Counted from the whole stretch's first letter, positions 1 to 11,454 are shown. The stretch is DNA of 63,664 bases, filler included, from Vannella sp. (GCA_023345925.1; 5 parts of 5 records of this genome joined end to end with filler, not necessarily neighbours in it); one strand, 5' to 3'. Numbers and translations are program-made. Notes: generated from the letters alone by a model not told the origin.

Positions 1-363
1 GCTGCAACCAGCTCCTCAACTGCTCCCGAGTCTCTGCATGGTAAATGGGAAACCCAAACTTCCACACTGGCAAGTGCTCAGAGGAAGACGGTGGAACCAA
101 ACCGGTCCTCCTCATCACCATCCCTCTCCCAAAGGTCAAAAGAAATGAATGGCACACTAAGAAGATTCCTTAATTATTTCCTAATTCCCATACCTTTCAT
201 TATTTATTCAGTCTTGGCCCGTTTGGGCGATTGGTGTGGAAACCACACCAGAGCCGCCTTTCGTCCAATGGGGAGGAGGGGCCGAATTTCTATTTTTAGC
301 AAGTTGCCGAAGTAGGAGCTGGAGGTGGTGTCGGTTATTCCGTTCCGAACAACCGGGAGTTGC

Positions 364-912
364 ATGAGCGAGCTGCCTAAGGACTTTCAAAGAGCTTGCT
401 CCGTCGTGGAAAAGCGATGGGCGAGGGAGGTACCAGTGGTCCTCCAAAGGGACATTCAGCCAGAGGATGTGATGATCAACGACTGTTTCCTTCTCTTTTC
501 AAAGAAGTTTCTGGCCAGCGATGTCCCTGACGGACCCATTTGGCGATGGAATCAGACCCGAAGGCGCCACACCTTTGCAAGTGCTGAGGTTGGCTCAGTG
601 TCCGCCATCAAACTGACGACCAGGAGAAAACCTTGCCAATCTGAACGTCCTCCCTCGGGGAAAGTGTGGCTTTTTACCGTCACTGAAGCAGCGCCCCCCT
701 TTCCTTCAGTGGCGAAGACTATTCTCTGGATTGAGAGAGCTCCCATTTGTACTCCTCGTGCCAAAGAAGAGACCTCTGACGATCTCTGCCTCGATGATTT
801 CATCTTCCTGGCCAACGACATGGAACCGGCCGTTGCTTTCGAGTTGTGGCCTCAGTTAAGATTCCTCTTTCCTCCCAATGCAACGCACCTCTTCCATCCA
901 GTCGGTTTCTGA
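364..912 (+). CDS. Hypothetical protein, possibly with a CG-1/NAC-like beta-sheet DNA-binding domain
   Basis: Intronless ORF from ATG 364, AATAAA shortly after the stop. The segment CFLLFSKKFLASDVPDGPIWRWNQTRRR loosely resembles the CG-1 motif LFLFDRK...DGHNWRK. Confidence 0.5.
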   Translation: MSELPKDFQRACSVVEKRWAREVPVVLQRDIQPEDVMINDCFLLFSKKFLASDVPDGPIWRWNQTRRRHTFASAEVGSVSAIKLTTRRKPCQSERPPSGKVWLFTVTEAAPPFPSVAKTILWIERAPICTPRAKEETSDDLCLDDFIFLANDMEPAVAFELWPQLRFLFPPNATHLFHPVGF

Positions 913-1258
913 TGGAGCGATTCAATAAAGGAAGTCGTCCACTCTAGCCTGTTCCTCTGGTCGCTTTGAAGAAGCCTTATGAGGTATCAAATCATGGCTG
1001 CTGGCTGGCTATACAACGTTTCTTCCGCTCTTGGTTGGTTCACTCTATCACGTCAGCAATGAGGAAACCAGCCGCCATCTTGGTTCACCCTCAACCGTGC
1101 GTTCTATTTCCTCAGGAGATGGCAGCGAAGGACGGAAGGGATCGGGTTTAATGAGTTAGTCCGTATCAAACAAACTAAATCGAAAGGGATGGGAAGTCAC
1201 CACTCCTGGGAGGCCGCTATTGACTTTCAGTGGGGAAGATTGTGATGGCAGATTCCTT

Positions 1259-4200
1259 TCAATTACGTGTTCGGCGATGGGCGGATTGGGCTCGAGAGGC
1301 TTCATATTTGTGAAGGACTTTGTCCCAGGAAGGCACCACCGCATTGGCGGATTGACTGGGGGCGGTAATCTGAGTGAATTGGCCAGGAACCAGGACAAAG
1401 TAGTTCCACATTGCCGTGCGAAAGCGAGCTTTGTAGTCTTTTGGAGCTATGACTGTTGGTAATTCGGATCCTTGCTGAGATTTGACCCATTTTTCGATCT
1501 GCTTGTCCCAGGTGAATTGTCGAATGTAGTCTACAATCCCAACCACCAGCTCCTGATTCTCTTCGTCGATTCCCACGATCAGAGAGTAGTCCATCACATA
1601 CAAGCTGGACAAGAACAATGAATCATTCCATACTGCATAGGTTATGAGTGCCTTGGCATGTTCGTCCACGCAGAGAGGATATTGGAACATGTCTAATCAC
1701 TACCATCAGCCACCCATCTAACGCCACCACTCTTTAAAGCTGACCTTTCAAAAGATTCTCGTCCAAGAGTACCGAACTTTCTTCTGTTTCGTCAATCAGG
1801 CGATTCCGGAGGGACCCTTTCAAATCATAAATCTGCACGGTGTGGTCAAATACAAATGAGGGACCAGCAAGAATGAAGATACCTTTGAAATTTTGCGATT
1901 GTAGAAGAGATTCTCCATGACAATGACATCTTGTTTGATGGTTCTGCTGCCGGAACGGTAATTGATGGTGTAGGCTCCCATGATTTTGGCTAAAAGTGTG
2001 GGAACTTGGCAAGCATAGGCTTTGGCTAGATACTTAAAGTAGAGCGAGGCAATGGAGATGAAAGACTCGGACTCAATCTTTGGTAATCGTTTGATGACAA
2101 AGCGTTCATCGAGGGTCTTCTCCCAACTGCTCCCACTCTTCCCTCCCGAAGCGTCCCAAATCTCAGAGTGAGAAATCGACTCGATAAACACACGTTCGTC
2201 GATGCACAGATTGCGGAGAGCGCGGAACTGAACAGCATGGTAAACAGTGACAGTGAATTTGAGTTTGCCTTCGTTAGAGGACGAGCCCATTGTCACGTCA
2301 ATGTTGGTTGGCATCTCAGACAGCAGAGGAATATAGTCCGGATGGAGGTCCGGGGTACTATTTTGCTCCATTACTTCGCGTTGCTTGGCCGTCAAGAATT
2401 GGAAATAGTCGGGAGACATCAAAGCAGAGGCAATTAATGAGCTTGGCTCCTTCTCACTTACAACAATCACTGAGTTGTCGATGCCATCGCGCAGGAAGAG
2501 TCCTGATGCATCTTGTAAAGCAGCGTAAGAGAGGGAGCCAGCTTGGACACCTGGAGGTAGATTCGGAAGTATTGGAAGTAACGCTTCCAGCACGCTGCTC
2601 CCATTCTTCGACGAGAGAGTTCCTCGGGGAGGGGATTTGCCCAACATTGGCTGCTCAATTTCATCAGCGAGAGTGGGATCCCAGTTCTCATCCCACGCCG
2701 ACTCTTCTTCTCCAAACGGCAAATGGAAGCAAACGGAGAACGGAATTCCAGAAGGATTTGCGATTGAAATAGCTGGAGAAGAGTATCTTGGAGAGGCTAA
2801 TGGAGTATTCTCAGACTCCTCTCCACTTGAGTAGCCGAAGCTTCCACTCTCTCCAAGAGATGGAACCGCAAGAGTATTGATCACTTCTGACTTAGAAATG
2901 GAGCTAGGAGCAGTTGAGGTACCCCCTTTGACCTCTCTAACTGAACGAGAGTCTACTGAAAGCAAGCGTTCGCGCGGTAGCTTGATACCAGGCGTAGAGA
3001 TCCTTGTAGTGGAGAACATGCTCTCTCGATCCCGGGAGGCGAGCTGTTCACCTGGCTGCATTGTTCGATAACGCTGCATAAAATGATCTACTTCCCTGTG
3101 GACGCCTAACGTTGGCATCTCAATTGCCTCCATTCCTTTGGAAGATAAGGAGAGAAGCGGCGTGTCTCTCTTCTGAGAGACAGCATACATGACATAGACT
3201 GGGTCAATTTGGCTCTTCTGTGCGTTAGCAAGGACTCCTCGACGGGTAACAGAACTTGTCTTGCTCTTCTGTTGAAGAGCTTGGAAGGATCGGTTCGAGG
3301 TGACGGCATGTATCCAAAGCATTTTCTTGAATCGGTTGAGCTCATATTCGTCATCCAGTCCTGCTTCTTTGGCAGTCTCAAACCGACTTAGCATTACAGC
3401 TCTCTCTTCTTTAGCTGAATGGCGCAAGTCCTCAAGTGTGCACATGTCATCTTCCTTCTTTAAGGTGCCTTCAATCTCGTCAATCTGAGCCTGGATAGTG
3501 TCAAAAATGCGCTGGATGGTGTTTTCAATCACTTCCATCTGAGCTAGATAGATTTTCTGCTTGGATGTGGCCTGGTATTCAATCCTCATGGGAGGGTGGT
3601 GCACCCCAAAGAAGGTTCCCGGTTCAAAGGACACAGCTGCGACAATACCACCAGTCATAAAATAACGAATGTGTCCGCGAGTGATACTGTGAGGACATCC
3701 GCCTGATTGGGGGTTGCCTTCGAAGAAGAAAGAGTGCTCAAGCCACTTTCCAAAAGAGAAATTAAGCGCTGAGGCAGACATCTTTGTAAATGGTGTAGTC
3801 AATTGGCATTGCGGGCAAGAAGACCAATGAATGATGCCTTCCTGGTCGATAGAAGAGAGAAACTCTGATGCTTTTTCGAGGGTAATGTTCAAGCGTCCTT
3901 TTCCATGAAGGAACGAGCGGTCATGAGACATCAAAGGGTAAGAGCATTCTGATACCTGGCACTTTGTCCCAGCAAAGCAATGCTGCTGTAGGAAGCGGAG
4001 AAGAGATAAATCTGTTTGTGGGGAGTAGAAATCAATCCGGTGGATGGCATAGGGAATGCACTGCTTTCCTGTCTCTCTACAGCAAAGAGTATGAAGATAT
4101 TGAATAGATTGCTGGTTGAGTGGAGATGGCACCTCTGATTCTTTGAAGGCAAAGATGGAAGGATATTGATAATTTGGTTGGGCTCGAGATGCCATGGCGG

Positions 4201-6204
4201 AAGTAGTAAATGCGTTATCAATAAAGTTAGGAACCAGAAGGTCCTTGGGAATGCATAACGTTGGCCAATACTTCAGTATGGGATGATCTTCTACACCATG
4301 CTGGGGCAAATACCAGATATTGGGCGAGCTAGAGAGTAATTGTAAAGTGAATGAACCCTCCTTGGCTCGAGGATTCTCTTGGAGTACTTGAGGGCGATCA
4401 CCCTCCCCATTATTAGTGAGAATTGGCGCTGATTGTGGTCCCGCTTCTTCTCCAGGGAGGGAGACTTGGATAGGTGATTCTGTGCGTGCTGAAGGTGCAT
4501 CAAGATTCTGTAGGGAGATCAAAGACTTGCTAAGGGCCTGATTTAACCCAATTTTTGGTTGAGCGAGATTGCCCAAGAGCCTGCTTGTTGCACCTTCTTC
4601 CACAAGATAGCTGTTCTCAAGGATGAGATTGTAATGTGCCAGAATACTAAAAAGCAGAATCTTCTTGACAGCTCGGAGTTGCTCCTTGTCTCCTCCACGG
4701 ATTATCAAGCTGCACCCAGATCGGTTGGCTCTATTCTCAAAAAGAAGAAAGTAGTCTAAGCCACCCTCCACTTGGAAGCTCCGAGTCTCCAATCGGTCGA
4801 AAGGAAACTTGGTCAAGGGTACCTCAGGAGACGCTGGGAGTACCATTAACTCTCGAACTGATAGAAGAGCAACTGATTGTGAGATGGCAGCGAGCTTCCT
4901 GAGGACTTTCGCAGGCACATTGGCCACGACAGTGATCCGAGCAGCGATGAGTACCTCAAGTGCCAGACGAGGAAGACTCCCCTGGCAAAGCACGACATCT
5001 GGATTCAAAATAACGATCTTTGCTGCAAGCTCGTGGAAGTATTGCTCCTCTTGAGTGGCCACAGTAGTCAATTCACTCAAGGTACCTTGGGTTCTCTCAA
5101 ATTCGAGGGAGCATCGGAAAAGAAGAACTCTCGGAGAAGTAAAGTTATCCCGCATCCTCTTGTGAACCACACGACCACGGAAGGCGACTCCATTAAAGCA
5201 TAAACTGTCCCGTATTCGTCCGCCAGGAACTTTAAATACCTTCACGTGCTTCATAGGGTTCCCATTTGCCACTTCAACGAGCCTAGAAGCTGCCACTCTT
5301 GTCAGAGTGAGAATGATTCTCCTCCACTTGGAAGGAAGGCCGAAATAGTCAATAAGTCGGTTGATGAGAATGACTTGGTGTTGCTCAGCACGGAATTGGA
5401 TCTGCTCGTCGTACTTCATATCATCCCATGTAATAGAGCGAAGACCTGTATCGTCTTCAACAAGCCGTGAGACGCTCATCTCTCTTTGAATAAGGCGAGT
5501 TGGGGTGTTGGTGTCCCCAAAGATGGACATGAACGAGGCTACTGCTGAGGTATGCCGCGTAGTTCTCGGGAGGCTGAACAAGTCGTCCGCCTCTGTTGGT
5601 TCGTTCTGCGTTTCAAGTGGCGCCAAGGCGTCAGGGGAGGAAGGCGTCCGAATGCGCGCCCTTCCGTGATCCTCGCTTTGCATCATTCCCCCCTTTGATG
5701 ACAGGATCAGTCAGATGTACTCTTGGATCGCCATCTAGTGGAGGAGGAGAGGTATCTTACCTCGCGTCCTGGCGAGCCCTCCCTTCCAGTGTCTGAGGTA
5801 CGGTTGGAAGGAGTCTCCTTGATAGAAGCTTTCAAAGACCGGTTCCCCTGGACTGGGTCTTCCAGCAACGGATCCTCGGTAGGTATACGGCCAAGGCCGG
5901 CGTTTCCTCTCCCAGAGGCCCCTTTGCGATTGTCAGGGAGTGCAAAAGAGCTCTCTCTTGAAGGTAGAGATATCTCTCTCTGGTGGCAGTACTTGCAAAG
6001 CCGTATCGTTCTCTCAGGGCTTCCAAAACGGACCCCTGGCAACCAAAAGTTGGTGCACCTCGAACAGAAGACCTGACCGCACATGCGGCAGTGATGCCGC
6101 CTCACCATGAGAGAGAAAGGGCGACGACACTCATAGCAGTGGTTGCACTTGCTATCTGAGACCCAATTGTCCCGCGGCATCAGCCGCGAGTCACCCGACT
6201 GCAT
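1259..6204 (-). CDS. FAB1: 1-phosphatidylinositol-3-phosphate 5-kinase (PIKfyve/Fab1)
   Basis: FYVE domain (WVSD..CYEC..RRHHCRMCGQVFC), Cpn60/TCP1-like domain (KVPGG, VHKRM), Cys-rich CCR, PIP-kinase domain (GGKSGS, MENLF, YDLKGS, MDYSL, GIVDYIRQFTWDK). Introns 5693-5760, 1833-1882 and 1693-1744 join the ORFs in frame. Exact C-terminus uncertain. Confidence 0.95.
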
Positions 6205-6212
6205 GACAAAAT

Positions 6213-6236
6213 GGTTAGGGCTTAGGGTTTAAGGTT
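6213..6236. promoter_or_regulatory. Telomere-like (telo-box-like) repeats between divergent PIKfyve and BolA starts
   Basis: ggTTAGGGcTTAGGGtTTAAGGtt lies in the 46-bp gap between ATG 6204(-) and ATG 6251(+). Confidence 0.35.
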
Positions 6237-6250
6237 CATTTTTTGCTGGC

Positions 6251-6599
6251 ATGTGGGGCAGGACTGCTGCGACGGGGGCACGGGTGGTGTATCGGGGAAT
6301 GTGCGGAAAGGGAAGCGATATTGCGGAGAAGATCACGCAGACCTTGAAGAAGGAGTTCACCCCGACATCGTTGTTTGTGAAGGATCACTCTGGTGAGTTT
6401 GTTCTTTTGCGTGGTCCGTTCGATTGACGGGAGAATGGCAGGTGGTTGTCCAGGAGGCACATTAGAAGTAGAGATCCATTCGCCTCTCTTTGTGGGAAAG
6501 AGCGAACTGCAGCGCCACCGAATGGTCAACACCGCACTCAAGCCAGAGATCGCCCTTTTCCACGCCTTTGTTCTTCGCCCTTTCCCATCCAAAGAATAA
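6251..6599 (+). CDS. bolA: BolA-family protein (BolA3-like, probably mitochondrial)
   Basis: Spliced product (intron 6393-6441): MWGRTAATGARVVYRGMC...[39 protein letters not shown], with the SGGC and FxGxxxLxRHRxV motifs and an Arg-rich presequence. Confidence 0.9.
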
Positions 6600-7291
6600 C
6601 CTCCTAACTCTCTAAATTGAATAACTTCCATCCACATCTTCAACCACTCAAATGAGCTTTTGGGTGCTTCCCGAAAGCCGAGGGAAGGAATCTGTGGGGA
6701 AGCTCTTTGTGGGAAGCTTCTCGATCAGCATCCTGTGTTGGTTGGTGCTGACTTAAAGGACATTCGGCATGTCTAGTAAGTCTGGAAAAATAGCTTTTCG
6801 AGCTTAGATCTCTAGCAGATAAATCTTAATCTGTAACTTACCGTAACGGATGAAGGGTTACCTTGGAACTTCAACTCCTGCTCGGGAGAACTTTAGTGAC
6901 TCGAGAGAACACCACAGGCGTTCCTGATTCGGAACCCCCCAAAAGTGGTAGAATGTACTCAGCCCCGGGCGTTATCCAGAGGAGATGGAGTATATCAGGA
7001 CAACCGACGCCAAGACAAGTTTGCGACCCTTTACGTTCGCTAGAGGATTTCTCCTTTTTAATCCATTTATTTTGAAGCAAGTAGAGGACGGAAAAATCAC
7101 AGGCATTAAGAATACGGGGTCTGAATATTTACGAGTCGTTTTTCAGATTTTTACCAGACCAGAATAAAGAGTAAAAAAACAATCTTAGATTTTCGGTTTA
7201 TTCCTCTTTGTTGATTGGTCGAACCCACCAATCAGAGGGGAGAATGGCAGTTGACTACTTGATTTTCCGTTATTTTTTTCTGCGGCTGAGT

Positions 7292-9427
7292 ATGTCTGAC
7301 CCTGAGGAGATCCTCTCCCACACGGACACGTCATTGAAGTTCTTAGTACGGTACAAGAACCAACCCGATGAGTGGGTCCACATGAGCGAGGTGTGCGATT
7401 CGGTCGTATTCTTCCGCTACATTGCTTCCCACGAAGTAGAAAGTCGTCGTAATCATATTCTCAATCAACTAGCCATCTTTAAGGCCGGTGGAGGGACTTC
7501 TAGTGCTCCCCGACCCCAACCTCGCTCCATCCCAGTCGCCTCCTCTTCTACTGGTGTTACAGAGGCACCTCCCCGAAAGATCGCAATCAGAAGCTCCCCT
7601 TCAGCCGTGCCGTCTGGGAAACGGAGCACTTCAGAAGCTGACAACGAATGGAAGGACGAAGCAACAGAGCCTGCTAAGAAACGCCGTGGGCGACCTCCCA
7701 AGAGTACCTCTCTGACACCCGCTTCCCCCTCACCTGCCACACCACCAGCTGCGAAACGAGGCCCCGGTCGTCCACGGAAGCATTCTGTGATCGAAACCGA
7801 CTCGGATGAGGAGGAGGAAGCTGAAGCTAGCCTTGCTACAGTGAGAACCAGCAAGCCAGATCCCTCAAGATCACCAAGGACCCCTTCCAGAGGATCTGAA
7901 GCACCCTCGCCCGCAAAACGCTCAGTTGGTCGCCCCAAGAAGATCTCTTTGGTGCCTATTGACGAAGCTCCTGAACCAGCACAAGTGAGCACTCCCAAGA
8001 GGGGTCCAGGAAGACCTCCCAAGTCCCCATTGAAAGAGAAAGCAGAGGTTCCCGAGGTGGAGCTCCCTGCTAAGCGCCGTCGAGGGCGCCCATCCAAGAG
8101 CTCTATTGAGCCATCGAGCGATGAAGTCCTCGTTGATGAGTACACTTCGGACACTGACCTGGAAGCTCCTCCACCAAAGCGTGGGCGACCTCCCAAAAGA
8201 GATTCCGTCGTCATCTCCTCTCCCGTTGTGACTCCCAAGAGGCGAGGACGTCCTCCAAAGAGCCCCCAACCAGAGGAACTCCCTGCTAAACGTGGTCCCG
8301 GTCGCCCGAGGAAGAGCGACCCTGACGAGAGAACCAAACCAGTCAAAGCTTCCCCTTCTCGATCTCAGTCACTCTCTGAGGTTTTGCATGCTATCATGGA
8401 CAAGCCAAAGAGAGGCCGCCCAAGGAAGACCCCTCCTCCAGAGATCTCAGAGGAGGAGGAGGAGGAGGAAGTGGAAGACTTAGCCCACCCTGTGAAGAAG
8501 GCCAGAGGGCGCCCGAGGAAGACACCACTCCCTGAAGAGGAAGAAGAGGACATCCCCGAACCTGCGAAGAGAGGTAGAGGTCGCCCAAGGAAGACTCCAC
8601 CTCCTGCTGAAGAGGAAGAGGAACAGGACGTAGAAGAGGACATTCAACCTGCGAAGAGAGGCAGAGGTCGTCCAAGGAAGACTCCGCCCCCTGCAGAGAT
8701 CTCAGAAGAGGAAGAAGAGGACATTCCCCTTCCTGCAAAGAAAGGCAGAGGGCGCCCAAGGAAGACTCCGCCACCTTCAGAGATCTTGGAAGAAGAGGAA
8801 GAAGAAGATGCAATGGAGGAGAGCGAGCCTAGCACTCCCCAACCAGCTAAGAAGAGAGGGCGTCCCAGGAAGCATCCCATCGTAGAGTCTCCAAGCCCAG
8901 ACTCGCCCCAACCCACAAAGAAGCGAGGCCGCCCAAGGAAGCACCCACTTCCCGAAGAAGAGTCATCAGCGGTGGAGGAACAAGAAGAAGAGAGTTCCCA
9001 GCCGGTGAAGAAACGAGGCCGGCCGAGGAAGAGCTCCACTGCTGAGCCACTTCCCTCCGACACCAAAGAGGATCTGCTTTCTCAAGACAGCCCTCCCACG
9101 CCCAGGAAACGAGGTCGGCCAAGGAAGGCAGCTTTACCAGCTGTCCAAGTGGAGGAAGAAGTTGACCAGAACGAGGAGAACGTGGAGCCAACCAGCGAGG
9201 ATGAAGGCGAGATTGAGTTGGGCATGGAGATGCATGTGGAAGACCTTTTTGAAGACTCTGACATGGAGCTCGACGTTGAGAAGGAATTATCCCTGCCCGA
9301 GAGCTTCAACGCGGGAATTGCCGCCAAGCGCTTAGCCATGGAAGCTTCAACAGGGTTTGATCTGAACTCGGAGTCGATCGTCGCAGACCCGAAGAGTTTG
9401 CTGCTCCGTGACACCGACTTGGTTTGA
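7292..9427 (+). CDS. Chromo-like domain plus multi-AT-hook chromatin protein
   Basis: N-terminal PEEILSH...KFLVRYKNQPDEWV (chromo-like), then 17 GRP-core AT-hooks alternating with acidic tracts. Confidence 0.85.
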   Translation: MSDPEEILSHTDTSLKFLVRYKNQPDEWVHMSEVCDSVVFFRYIASHEVESRRNHILNQLAIFKAGGGTSSAPRPQPRSIPVASSSTGVTEAPPRKIAIRSSPSAVPSGKRSTSEADNEWKDEATEPAKKRRGRPPKSTSLTPASPSPATPPAAKRGPGRPRKHSVIETDSDEEEEAEASLATVRTSKPDPSRSPRTPSRGSEAPSPAKRSVGRPKKISLVPIDEAPEPAQVSTPKRGPGRPPKSPLKEKAEVPEVELPAKRRRGRPSKSSIEPSSDEVLVDEYTSDTDLEAPPPKRGRPPKRDSVVISSPVVTPKRRGRPPKSPQPEELPAKRGPGRPRKSDPDERTKPVKASPSRSQSLSEVLHAIMDKPKRGRPRKTPPPEISEEEEEEEVEDLAHPVKKARGRPRKTPLPEEEEEDIPEPAKRGRGRPRKTPPPAEEEEEQDVEEDIQPAKRGRGRPRKTPPPAEISEEEEEDIPLPAKKGRGRPRKTPPPSEILEEEEEEDAMEESEPSTPQPAKKRGRPRKHPIVESPSPDSPQPTKKRGRPRKHPLPEEESSAVEEQEEESSQPVKKRGRPRKSSTAEPLPSDTKEDLLSQDSPPTPRKRGRPRKAALPAVQVEEEVDQNEENVEPTSEDEGEIELGMEMHVEDLFEDSDMELDVEKELSLPESFNAGIAAKRLAMEASTGFDLNSESIVADPKSLLLRDTDLV
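8405..8960 (+). repeat. Imperfect coding tandem repeats (AT-hook plus acidic spacer units)
   Basis: Repeated AGAGG(T/G)CG(C/T)CCAAGGAAGACTCC(A/G)CC...GAAGAGGAAGAAGAGGACAT units encoding PAKRGRGRPRKTPPPxEEEEEDI. Confidence 0.8.
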
Positions 9428-9510
9428 TTGGGCTTTCATAAACGCGTTGGTTCCTACGAAGCTGCTTTAGAAAGGAAAGGGGTGGTCACTGTTTAGGTCA
9501 AAAGCTCCTC

Positions 9511-10697
9511 CTAATGGTGCGGGAGTGGGGAGCGTTCTCTCTCTCGTGGAGAGCGATCGCGTGATGATCTGGGACGATCGGGGCTGCGCTCGTAGCGAGA
9601 GCGGCTGTCACGAGGCTCATATTCGCGGTGGGAGCGGTGTTCTCGTGGCCTGTCTCGGTTCTCATAAGCGCTGTCGTTGCGGTCGTGAGATCTACTCGAG
9701 CTTGAGCGATTGTACGGTGGGTAATCTGAGCCCCGACTTGGGCCATCTCGATGGCTGCTTCGATAATCATCACGAGGACCATCACGCGGCCCGTCACGAG
9801 GACCATCACGAGGACCATCACGAGGACCATCACGGTAGTTATCGCGGCGCGGCCCCCCACGACCTCTTTGCGGAGAAGGAGAGCGGCGGCTGAAGAGTTG
9901 CCCGAAGATCCGGCGTTCCACTTCCTCGGGGATCTTGTACATGTGCATAAAATTGCAGTATCCCCCTCGAGTACACTCTCCCTGGTCGAACTGACGGCAC
10001 CGAGACTCACGGAAGTCGGTTACAGGTGAGAACTCGCATATCAAGGGCCGCTCTGTCATGACATAAATACGATATATCAGAGGGAATGCAGATCATTGAG
10101 CTTACTTGCATAGAAGCGACCGTGTAGCGCCTGTTGAGCACCGGCAGCTCCTTCCTCATCAAGGAACTTGGCGTAGACGTTACCAGTTAAGTGATCGCCC
10201 AAGTTGTTGCAAACATAGAGCTCTTCGAGCCTCCCAAACTTGTTCAACTCCTCGCAGATGTCCTCAAAGAAGTCCAAAAGATGCTCTTCAGCTTGCACAG
10301 GGTCGATGAATGGTGGAGGTTGACCTGTTTGGACTTGAAACTGTTGTGCTGGTGTCTGATACATGTTGGGAATGATGAGAGTGGGGCTCATCGTCGGCTT
10401 GTTGTGTTGTCGCGAGCAACGGTCCCCGTGGCGACATGCTCCGATTTTGTAGTAAAAAGGGCAGTGTACTCTTCAAGAAAGAACCCCATAGAGTGGTTAG
10501 CACTGTGTAACATACGCCCAAGCAGCAAGATCTAAAAACGTGATGTTCTCTAGAATCTGTTGCTGCTGAGCGGATGAGTGCCTGAGAGGCGGAAGTGGGT
10601 CTAGAGAGCACAAAAGAGATGATAAATACGCAACAACGGGTACCTACTTGTCCTTCTCTGTTCCATACGTGGCGGCGAGGTGCTCCGTGTAGGACAT
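9511..10697 (-). CDS. U2AF1: Splicing factor U2AF small subunit (U2AF35)
   Basis: MSYTEHLAATYGTEKDK|VHCPFYYKIGACRHGDRCSR (ZnF1), UHM (NLGDHLTGNVYAKF), FSPVTDFRESRCRQF..CTRGGYCNFMH (ZnF2), RS/RD tail. Introns 10471-10647 and 10053-10105. Confidence 0.97.
9768..9834 (-). repeat. 12-nt coding tandem repeat (DGPR)n in the U2AF1 tail
   Basis: About 5 copies of catcacgaggac on the plus strand. Confidence 0.85.
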
Positions 10698-10783
10698 CGG
10701 CAACCGCAAGAAGACTGGATCTGCCAACCCAACCTTTTTTTCGATTACAATTCATATTTAACAAAACCACTAAAGAAGGGCAA

Positions 10784-11221
10784 TTATGAGGAAGTGGGAA
10801 GACCTGGAAGTGAAGGAGTGACGAGAGGTTGGGTGAACGGCAGGGCGAGACTCTTTGCTTTGGGGAAAAGAGAAAGAAGGTGAGTGTGTTCTTCTTCGGA
10901 GGCCCAGTGTTCGGGGGATTTGTTCCGAGAGTCTAAGGCGTTGGTGTCTGCCCCGTAGAAGATGAGGATGGCAACTGTCTCTTTGCGCCCTGTTTTGACT
11001 GCCCAGTGGAGAGGTGTTTCGTTGAAGTAGTTTTGAGAGTTAACCGCCATTCCCTGGCGTAGCAAAGTTGAGAGGAAGCGAGTGTCCTTCCTCAAAGCAG
11101 CAAAATGGAGGGGTGTGTTCCCATACTCAGTGCTCGAATGAATGTGCGGCGCATACTTGGTCATCTCCGTCTCAGAGAATGGTTGTCGAACCAAGTAGTG
11201 AATCAGAGGGCTCCTACTCAT
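10784..11221 (-). CDS. Small ankyrin-repeat protein (paralog 1)
   Basis: GNTPLHFAA, NETPLHWAV and GADTNA ankyrin motifs. Confidence 0.9.
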   Translation of the reverse strand: MSRSPLIHYLVRQPFSETEMTKYAPHIHSSTEYGNTPLHFAALRKDTRFLSTLLRQGMAVNSQNYFNETPLHWAVKTGRKETVAILIFYGADTNALDSRNKSPEHWASEEEHTHLLSLFPKAKSLALPFTQPLVTPSLPGLPTSS

Positions 11222-11454
11222 CAGTCGGAACGCGAACAAGTGGTTGAATCCTCCACATTCCAAAAGTCAACCAAGGAGATACCGCGAGTTCAGTCTGACC
11301 CCCTTCTCTGAATATGGTTCAGTCACTCCGGCTCCAACTGATTGTTTGAGTATGCTGATCTCTCCCATCCATGCAATATTGAAAAAGTAACGCAAAAACT
11401 CTGGCCGTGCACTCGAAAAATGTCCAATTTTGGGGTGAGCCTACTCTCTCTTTC

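Noticed and set aside
6852..6864. TAACCCT on the minus strand as a telomerase RNA template
   Set aside because: Only 7 nt, expected by chance, with no supporting structure identifiable.
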